From: an uncultured bacterium | GTDB lineage: Bacteria; Patescibacteriota; Minisyncoccia; Minisyncoccales; UBA5738 | DNA: 64,000 nucleotides | Assembly: GCA_903847095.1 (NCBI GenBank) | Contig: CAINCQ010000024.1 | Coordinates: forward strand, 126,618 to 190,617 | Direction: 5' to 3' | Shown here: positions 58,282-64,000 of the stretch, one piece after another | How positions within the stretch are numbered: the first letter of the stretch is position 1 | How the letters are laid out: the number at the start of each line of letters is the position of its first letter | Program-made: the position numbers and the translations under genes | Notes under the pieces: model-generated | What the model saw: the letters and a program-made list of their open reading frames with translations, nothing else | Told to the model about the DNA's origin: nothing | Database searches by the model: none

Positions 58282-58665
58282 ATGTTTGTTTTTAAGTTTG
58301 GAAAGAAACAAGAGAAAAAGATAGTGGGTCCGGGAGCTAAACGGGTAAAATTGACCGCCTTGATCAGTTACCTGGGATTTTTTTGCCTGATCCCGTTATT
58401 TTCGGAAAACAAGCTGACGCGGTTTCACGCCAAACAAGGGCTGGCCATTCTTTTGGCGGAATTTATTTTTACCGCTGCGGTTTTGACAACCGCTTTTTTT
58501 GTGGAATACGGTTCTGTCTGGCATTCTATTCTGATATGGTCAACAATTTTATTTTGGTCGCTAACGACCGTTTTGCGGGTGATTGGGATTTCTTACGCCG
58601 CGAGGGATATGGACAGAGAAGTTCCCTTGGCCGGTTATTTGGCCGGGAAATTGTTCCGTTTTTAG
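58282..58665 (+). CDS. DUF4870 family small membrane protein (tandem paralog)
   Basis: second copy of the RFHAKQG motif; ATG at 58282. Confidence 0.5.
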   Translation: MFVFKFGKKQEKKIVGPGAKRVKLTALISYLGFFCLIPLFSENKLTRFHAKQGLAILLAEFIFTAAVLTTAFFVEYGSVWHSILIWSTILFWSLTTVLRVIGISYAARDMDREVPLAGYLAGKLFRF

Positions 58666-58880
58666 GATTAGCGACGCGGTTTCAACTAATCGATGTTATT
58701 CGATAGATCGATTGGCATGCGCCATATTCATCTTGGCGGTAATTTGGTTTATGAATAATCTAGTTTTTCCCTATTGTAAAAACGTGGCTTAGCTATTCTT
58801 TTCCTTGTTTTTAATGTTGGAGATTTGTTTTTTTGGCGGTATGATGAAAAAGTTAGCCGCTTTTTTCAGTCGCAAAAAAC

Positions 58881-61691
58881 ATGCCGATCGATCTCTCAAA
58901 ACTGAACAGCGAACAAAAGAAAGCCGTAAGCCATGAAGACGGTCCGCTTTTGATCGTGGCCGGAGCCGGTACGGGAAAAACGACTGTGATCACGAACCGC
59001 CTGGCCCGCTTGATCGAGGAAAAAGGGATAAAGCCGAACGAAATTCTTGCTTTGACGTTCACCGATAAAGCCTCGGGCGAAATGGATGACCGGATCAGTC
59101 AGTTGTTATCGATCGGTTATGCCGATCTTTGGGTATCGACTTTTCACGCTTTTTGCGAAAGGATTTTGCAAAACCACGGTTTGGATATCGGCCTTTCCAC
59201 CAATTTCAAACTGGTTGACCAGACGGCGGCCTGGCTTCTGGTGCGCCGCAACATCGACCGCTTCAAATTGAAATATTACAAGCCGCTGGGCAATCCGACC
59301 AAATTTATCCATGCGATGCTGGCGCACTTTTCTCACTGCAAGGACCAGGAGGTTTTTCCGGAGGATTATTTGAAATACAGCCGCGGTAAGATCGAGGAAA
59401 AAGAGAAGATCCGCGAGATTGCCCGCACTTATAAAATCTATCAGGAACTGCTTTTGGAAAACGACCTTTTGGATTTCGGCGATCTTCTTAATTACTGTTT
59501 AAGTCTTTTCCGCCGCCGCCCGGCCATTCTAAAAAAATACCGCGACCAATTCAAATATGTTTTAGTCGATGAATTCCAGGACACCAATTGGATTCAGTAT
59601 GAACTGGTAAAACTTTTGGCCCAGCCGAAAAACAATTTGACCGTTTGCGCCGATGACGACCAGGCGATCTATCGGTGGCGGGGGGCTTCTTTCGGCAATA
59701 TCATCCAGTTCAAAAAGGATTTTCCGGACGCGATGGAGGCGGTCCTTATAAAAAATTACCGGTCCTGTCAGAACATCCTTGACCTTTCGCACCGGTTCAT
59801 CCAGGCCAATAATCCCAACCGTCTGGAATATTTGAACAAGATCGATAAAAAACTGGTAGCCGTTTCCGGCTGTACCGGCATTATCAAGCATCTTCACTAT
59901 AAGACCTTGGATCAAGAGGTCCAGGGGACGGTGAGTTCCATTATCAATATATTAAAAGAGGAAAAAGACACTACTTTCGGGGATTTCGCTATCTTGGTAC
60001 GGGCCAATGAGAGCGCCAATTCGTACTCGCGCGCTTGCGAGCGAGCCGGTATCGCGTACCAGTTTCTGGCGTTAAAAGGCCTGTATTCGAAACCGGTGGT
60101 TTTGGATATCATTTCCTATTTCAAATTGCTCAATGACTATCATGAGGGGTCGGCGGTCTGGCGGGTATTGAACATGCCTTTTTTGAACATTCCAATGGAA
60201 GACGTTGCCAAGGCGACCCATTATAACGCCAAAAAATCACAATCCCTTTTTGAGTCGCTCAAGGAATTTAATGAGATTCCCGGTTTGAGCGAACCGGCTA
60301 AAATGACGATTGGAAATTTACTTTCGATGATCGAAAAACACTCGGCTATGACTGCGGAAAAAAACGTTTCCGAGATCATGGTATCGTTTTTATTCGATTC
60401 CGGTTATTTGAAATTCCTGGAAAAGCGGGCTAAAAAAGAGGATTTCGATTATATCAGCCAGCTTTTCAACAAGATCAAAGCTTTTGAGGACGCCAATCTT
60501 GATCCCAATCTCCGGCATTTCATGGAAGAGCTTGAATTGGAGCTTGAATCGGGCGAGGAAGGGAAGTTGGAGTTCGATCCAGGTTTGTCCGATACGGTGA
60601 AGATCATGACGGTACACGCGTCCAAGGGGCTGGAGTTCAAACACGTTTTTATGGTGAATTTGGTGGATCGGAAATTTCCGACCATCGAGCGGAAAGAGCA
60701 AATAGAATTGCCCAAAGCCTTGATCAAGGATATCGTACCCGAAGGCGATGTTCATCTACAGGAGGAACGGCGTTTGTTTTACGTGGGAATGACGCGGGCG
60801 AAAAGCGGGCTGTATTTCACGTCGGCTAAAGATTATGGCGGCGTCAATCAAAAAAAATTATCGTTGTTTTTGGCGGAGCTTGGCTATAAAAACGGCGAAC
60901 AAGAGGAGCCGGTGAAAAACATCAGGATCAGTAGCTATAAAAAACCCCAGACCAGGCTTCCTTTGCCCGATCATTTTTCCTTTACTCAGCTGGCGGCTTT
61001 CGAAAAATGTCCGCGACAGTACCAATACGCGCATATCTGGAAGATCAGGCCGCGCGGAAAAGCGGTTTTCAGCTTTGGAAAAACAATGCATAACACTCTC
61101 TACGAATCCTTGTTGGCAGGGGGAAAAGTGACGCTGGGCAAAATAAAGAAAGTGTACGAAAAGGAATGGATCAACGAATGGTTCGACGACCAGGCGGAAA
61201 AGGACAATTATCATAAACTTGGCTTAAAGTCTTTAAAGCTTTTCTGGCAGGATTATTCGCGCCGTTTGCCCAAGGTTCTTACTTTGAACAACGCGCCGGC
61301 TTTAGAGGTTGGGTTCAATCTAAAGATCAATGGCTACACGATCAACGGAAAAATCGACCGCATCGATGAGGCGGGCAAGGGAGTTGAGATCATCGACTAC
61401 AAAACCGGTACGGTCAAAGACAAGTTGCGGCCCGAAGAAAAGCAGCAGCTTTTGATCTACCAGATCGCGGCGCGGGAGGTTTTTGGATTAAAGCCGGAAA
61501 AACTTACTTATTTTTACCTTGAAAACGCGACGACCACTACATTTATAGGCAGTGAGGGTGATATCGAAAAACAAAAGGAAAAGATTGCCGGGCAGATCGA
61601 AAAGATCGAAAAAAGCAATTTTTACGCTACCCCGGGCTGGCATTGCGAGTGGTGCGACTACAAAGGGATATGCGAGTTCGCGAGAAAATAG
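58881..61691 (+). CDS. UvrD/PcrA-family SF1 DNA helicase fused to a C-terminal Cas4/AddB-type PD-(D/E)xK nuclease with a 4-Cys Fe-S motif
   Basis: Walker A AGAGTGKT, helicase motifs (DEFQDTN, VGMTRAK); C-terminal CPRQYQY...IDRID...EIIDYKTG...QLLIYQIAA...CEWCDYKGIC. Confidence 0.75.
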   Translation: MPIDLSKLNSEQKKAVSHEDGPLLIVAGAGTGKTTVITNRLARLIEEKGIKPNEILALTFTDKASGEMDDRISQLLSIGYADLWVSTFHAFCERILQNHGLDIGLSTNFKLVDQTAAWLLVRRNIDRFKLKYYKPLGNPTKFIHAMLAHFSHCKDQEVFPEDYLKYSRGKIEEKEKIREIARTYKIYQELLLENDLLDFGDLLNYCLSLFRRRPAILKKYRDQFKYVLVDEFQDTNWIQYELVKLLAQPKNNLTVCADDDQAIYRWRGASFGNIIQFKKDFPDAMEAVLIKNYRSCQNILDLSHRFIQANNPNRLEYLNKIDKKLVAVSGCTGIIKHLHYKTLDQEVQGTVSSIINILKEEKDTTFGDFAILVRANESANSYSRACERAGIAYQFLALKGLYSKPVVLDIISYFKLLNDYHEGSAVWRVLNMPFLNIPMEDVAKATHYNAKKSQSLFESLKEFNEIPGLSEPAKMTIGNLLSMIEKHSAMTAEKNVSEIMVSFLFDSGYLKFLEKRAKKEDFDYISQLFNKIKAFEDANLDPNLRHFMEELELELESGEEGKLEFDPGLSDTVKIMTVHASKGLEFKHVFMVNLVDRKFPTIERKEQIELPKALIKDIVPEGDVHLQEERRLFYVGMTRAKSGLYFTSAKDYGGVNQKKLSLFLAELGYKNGEQEEPVKNIRISSYKKPQTRLPLPDHFSFTQLAAFEKCPRQYQYAHIWKIRPRGKAVFSFGKTMHNTLYESLLAGGKVTLGKIKKVYEKEWINEWFDDQAEKDNYHKLGLKSLKLFWQDYSRRLPKVLTLNNAPALEVGFNLKINGYTINGKIDRIDEAGKGVEIIDYKTGTVKDKLRPEEKQQLLIYQIAAREVFGLKPEKLTYFYLENATTTTFIGSEGDIEKQKEKIAGQIEKIEKSNFYATPGWHCEWCDYKGICEFARK

Positions 61692-61968
61692 CAATTTCCA
61701 TTATTAATATCCGTTTCCGCATAAAGCAAGAGTCGTTTTTTTTGCTCCTAAAAAAACAGAAAAAACCGCTTATTACTCCTGTTCGCACGCGCAGTAGGCT
61801 GCTGAGCTGTGTTCATCGATCTGTCTGTGGTAGCGCAAATGGTCAAGGAGAATCTCTTTGATCTTTTAATAATTTTTTGAAACTAGCGGACTTGGGTTAA
61901 GAAGCTTTGTCTGGTTCGGGATTTTTTAAAAAATCCAATCAGTGTTATAATTTAGCCAAGAAATCAAT

Positions 61969-62187
61969 ATGAACGGGATATTAAAATTTATTTTTACGAT
62001 CTTTGGCGGGGTCCTGATCGGGTTCGGTCTTGGTATCTTTGTTCACAAAAGCGCTTTTTTGGGACAGGGGCAGTATGATATCGCCATGATCTTAAGCCTG
62101 ATTTTGGGCGGTTTTTTTATTGCCTTGGGGATTCCCGGCAAGCGGATGATGCGTATCGAAAAGGAACAAGCCGAACAGCAGGTGTAG
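61969..62187 (+). CDS. Hypothetical small membrane protein
   Basis: 72 aa, two TM helices. Confidence 0.3.
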   Translation: MNGILKFIFTIFGGVLIGFGLGIFVHKSAFLGQGQYDIAMILSLILGGFFIALGIPGKRMMRIEKEQAEQQV

Positions 62188-62197
62188 GATTTTGTCA

Positions 62198-62232
62198 AAG
62201 AAAACCCCGCGTGAGCGGGGTTTTCTTTTTTA
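62198..62232. terminator. Bidirectional rho-independent terminator (A-run/hairpin/T-run)
   Basis: aaagaaaaccccgcgtgagcggggttttctttttt between convergent genes. Confidence 0.65.
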
Positions 62233-62253
62233 ATTGGCCGTAAAATTTTTAAG

Positions 62254-63186
62254 TCAGTTCCCGAAAGCATTCATTAAAGGCGGGAGGAGGTCTTTTTTGC
62301 GCGACATCATCCCTTTGAGATAAACCAAATTGTTCGCCAGCTTCACGCCAAAGGCAATTTCTACCGGCGCTGGGTTGCCTGACACCAGAAGCTCCGATCC
62401 TTCTTTGATGATGTCGGTTTCCATCAGGGCGATGAATTCAAACTCGTTTTCATTCCTTATTTCTTCCATTCTCTTCCAAAGCTCTTCTTTTCTGCTTTTG
62501 GCTTCGTCGAGTTTGACCACTTCGATTTGGCCGATAGCGAATTTTTTGCCTCCGGCTTCGAATTCTTTGAAGTCCGATTTAATAATCTGGTCGGCGCTTA
62601 AGCCTTTTAAACTGGCTTTTTTTTCTTTGATCTCGATGCCGAATTTTTTGAGATCTTTGATCTTTGCTCTTTTGCCAAGCAATAAAGAGAGTTCTTTATC
62701 TTCCTTGGTTGTCGTAGCCGATTTGAAGACGACCGTGTCCGAAAGGATCGCGGAAACCAAGAGGCCGGCGGTCTGGGGCGTTATTTTGAACTTTTTATCG
62801 GCCCGCAAAATTTTAGCCACCAGCGTAGCGGTTGATCCGAGGGGTTCGGAGCGAAAAACAATAGGGTGGCCCAATTCAAAAGATACTTTGTGGTGATCGA
62901 GTACCTCGATGATCCTTGAGTCGCTGACGCCGTCGATGCTTTGACTTTTTTCGTTATGGTCAACCAGAACCAGCGATAATCCCGCGCCGGAATCGAGCTG
63001 GGCGGGCGTTTTTACCTTGAAAAAATCCAGAATGAATTTCGTTTCGGGATTGATTTCTCCAGCCACAACGGGAACGGCATTAACCCTTTTGGCTTTTTTC
63101 AAATAATCGGCGTAAACAATCGCCGAACATACCGAGTCGGTATCCGGAGATTTGTGACCGACAACGTAAATTTTTTCGTGAGGCAT
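62254..63186 (-). CDS. ppaC: Manganese-dependent inorganic pyrophosphatase (family II, DHH-DHHA2)
   Basis: N-terminus YVVGHKSPDTDSVCSAIVYA (DHH motif I), DHH at VLDHH, DHHA2 C-terminal domain. Confidence 0.75.
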   Translation of the reverse strand: MPHEKIYVVGHKSPDTDSVCSAIVYADYLKKAKRVNAVPVVAGEINPETKFILDFFKVKTPAQLDSGAGLSLVLVDHNEKSQSIDGVSDSRIIEVLDHHKVSFELGHPIVFRSEPLGSTATLVAKILRADKKFKITPQTAGLLVSAILSDTVVFKSATTTKEDKELSLLLGKRAKIKDLKKFGIEIKEKKASLKGLSADQIIKSDFKEFEAGGKKFAIGQIEVVKLDEAKSRKEELWKRMEEIRNENEFEFIALMETDIIKEGSELLVSGNPAPVEIAFGVKLANNLVYLKGMMSRKKDLLPPLMNAFGN

Positions 63187-63362
63187 GTTGGTTTTAATTT
63201 AGTTGTTATTATATTAGAATAAAGGGTGATTGTTGTCTAATTAAAAATTTAAAGCTCAGGATATAAAACGACAACGCAAAGTTTAAAATTTGAATAGAAT
63301 TGATGATTTTACCTTTTGCGGCGTCATTTTTATTTTTGATATTTACATTTTAAATTTGTTTT

Positions 63363-64000
63363 ATGGTTAACGCTTTAATCTACGCATTGCTTGGCGTTCT
63401 TCAGGGTATCTTTGAGTGGATTCCTGTTTCCAGCGAAGGGGTGGTGGCTTTGGCTGCTAAATTTTTGAAGACGGGTTTTAATCCGGTCGATCTGGCGCTT
63501 TTTTTGCATATCGGCACTTTAGCTTCCGCTTTGGTTTATTACCGGAAGGACTGGGCCGGGGTATTCACTTTCAAGGACCGGAAACTGATCATTTTTTTAA
63601 TGATCACTACCGTGGTTTCCTTGCCGCTCGGTTTTGTATTTTATAAGCTGATCGAACAGGCGGCGGTGGGTACCGGCCTTTTGGCTTTAACGGGGTTCGG
63701 GTTGCTTTTTACCGCTTACTTCCAGAAAAAGAAGATCCTTCTTGATATCCGTGAAGAAAAACTGGCGGCGATCGCCGGCGTATTGCAAGGCTTGGCGGTG
63801 ATCCCGGGATTTTCGCGATCGGGTTCCACGATCTTTGGTTTATCGCTCGCGAAATCCGATCCCAAAGAGATCTTAAGGCTTTCCTATCTGATGTCGGTAC
63901 CGGCCGTGACTGCTTCTACTTTATATTTTCTGGTTTTCAAGGGAGGGGATTTTTCGATTCAGCTTTGGCCGGGGGTTCTCGCGAGTTTTTTGTCGGGCCT
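63363..64000 (+). CDS. uppP: Undecaprenyl-diphosphatase UppP/BacA (3-prime partial)
   Basis: IPVSSEG and PGFSRSGSTI motifs, multiple TM helices; runs off the window end. Confidence 0.8.
   Translation, partial: MVNALIYALLGVLQGIFEWIPVSSEGVVALAAKFLKTGFNPVDLALFLHIGTLASALVYYRKDWAGVFTFKDRKLIIFLMITTVVSLPLGFVFYKLIEQAAVGTGLLALTGFGLLFTAYFQKKKILLDIREEKLAAIAGVLQGLAVIPGFSRSGSTIFGLSLAKSDPKEILRLSYLMSVPAVTASTLYFLVFKGGDFSIQLWPGVLASFLSG

Noticed and set aside
1-64000. CRISPR arrays, transposases, integrases, toxin-antitoxin pairs
   Set aside because: No regularly spaced direct repeats and no transposase, integrase or TA-like motifs were recognised. The only repeat-type element found is the inverted-repeat element at 40293-40552.

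Overview
This 64-kb window looks like a Candidate Phyla Radiation (Patescibacteria-type) genome: small tightly packed genes, standard genetic code (TGA, TAG and TAA all terminate long ORFs), moderate-to-low GC, and many hairpin plus T-run terminators. All calls rest on motifs recognised by eye; no database search was run.

Most of the window is housekeeping:
- Translation: infC-rpmI-rplT, smpB next to a tmRNA gene, ArgRS, IleRS, GlyRS (alpha2 type), MetRS, RsmI, and a tRNA-Ser(GCU).
- Other core functions: RecO, an M16 peptidase, MsrA/MsrB, TatD, family II inorganic pyrophosphatase, UppP, ThyX followed by SHMT, and an RRM RNA-binding protein.
- Membrane and transport: CaCA exchanger, AI-2E, TerC, EamA, PAP2, and an EmrR/two-adaptor/EmrB efflux operon.

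The features most worth a second look:
1. The IleRS ORF (1180 aa) carries an inserted ~190-aa histidine-phosphatase (PGAM/SixA-like) domain between the catalytic-core region and the zinc-binding/KMSKS region.
2. A compact operon encodes a class II aaRS-core paralog (AsnA/AsnRS-like), a SAM methyltransferase and an S66 LD-carboxypeptidase/MccF-like peptidase. It is flanked upstream by a minimal nucleotidyltransferase and downstream, convergently, by a protein with faint class II aaRS-like motifs.
3. A PEP-utilizing-enzyme homolog is split into two genes in swapped order, separated by a stand-alone histidine phosphatase and a 260-bp element bounded by ~30-bp terminal inverted repeats (MITE-like).
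4. A consensus-promoter-driven noncoding transcript and a long structured leader lie upstream of a NadM-NadE fusion gene.
5. A UvrD-family helicase is fused to a Cas4/AddB-type Fe-S PD-(D/E)xK nuclease.

Other points are a TspO-like gene apparently disrupted by an in-frame stop plus a frameshift, a block of small hypothetical genes, a tmRNA tag ending in ALAFA, and a small Cys-containing ORF with a strong SD. No CRISPR array or transposase was seen.
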